Assembly (NCBI RefSeq): GCF_006345805.1
Contig: NW_021836936.1
Coordinates: 1 to 22,519 of the forward strand
DNA length: 22,519 bases
Source: Octopus sinensis
Lineage: Eukaryota
Direction: 5' to 3'
Shown: one piece after another, positions 21,712-22,519 of the stretch
Numbering within the stretch: the stretch's first letter is position 1
Layout: each line of letters begins with the position of its first letter
Translations under genes and position numbers: made by a program
The notes under the pieces: model-generated
The model's input: only the letters and a program-made list of their open reading frames with translations
Told to the model about the DNA's origin: nothing
Databases searched by the model: none

Positions 21712-22196
21712 ATAGCAATATGCAATCATGGCCAAATCTCCTGGTGATACCACCATTGCCTTCATTAATACAATACATTATTTATGAAAAATTACTCCAA
21801 GGCCCTGTAATATTATCAAACGTTAACACTGTCCCATCAAAGTGGTTCGATTCCAGGGAGATTTATCCGCCATTTTTCTAACACGTTATGCGACGACGAA
21901 GTTACCGATTCCACGTTGGTTAGCAGAGTGCATAATATATTAATTCCTTCGGCAAACATACAATTGTTGATAGAGATAACTGAAAGATCCCAAGTGCCGA
22001 TTAACTGGCCTGGAATTCACAGTAATAGGTGATTAAGATATCGGAACTCTGTTGCCAAATGCAGTTTGTCTCGTGCATTACAAATTCGGTGGTGTGTGTC
22101 AGTCTCTGGATGAGTCGTAATCAATCTCTTTTAGGGAGTGAAAAGGAATGAGAAAGAGATAGATCAAATTCTAGCATTTCTGATAAATATGAAAAT

Positions 22197-22486
22197 ATAA
22201 ATATGAAAAACCCAAATAACTCTGATTTTGCAACACATTTTCTTGAAAAAGGAACGACGTATTGGATGATGTAGGTTTAATTACCATTATATCATCTCAA
22301 AACTAATTGCATCGCACTGCAAACACAAATGTATAACACACTATTGACTGACAAACATTCAGCACACTTGTTAGTGGATTATGGTTGCAAAACAAGATAC
22401 GGTTCTCTACGAGTAATTAATTTCAGAGACTAATTATTCAATAGCCATGGTTGCGAGGGCGTCATAGCTGAAACGCCTTGGCTATT
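22197..22486 (-). repeat. Right arm of the ~290-bp inverted repeat
   Basis: Reverse complement of 20497-20785. Confidence 0.95.
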
Positions 22487-22519
22487 TCTTATTTATTTAT
22501 TGATTGGAGATTTGAAAGT

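Overview
Repeat-rich, AT-rich eukaryotic (animal) genomic DNA with no host gene I can support. From recall of its tRNA-derived SINE families it looks like octopus/cephalopod DNA (inference). The main feature is a decayed CR1/L2-group LINE on the minus strand (secure core 1714-5660; possibly full length to about 7018). It has a frameshifted ORF1 (Myb/SANT-like N-terminus plus a CCCH finger), an APE endonuclease + reverse transcriptase ORF2, a short 3' UTR and a (TCAA)n tail. A ~1 kb AT-rich higher-order tandem array lies directly upstream of ORF1. The rest of the window holds 12 annotated loci of three SINE families (called A, B, C here; some multimeric, some with target-site duplications), many microsatellites, two fold-back palindromes, a 159-bp tandem duplication and a ~290-bp inverted repeat pair with a sharp identity step. 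All alignments and counts were done by eye; no database search was run.
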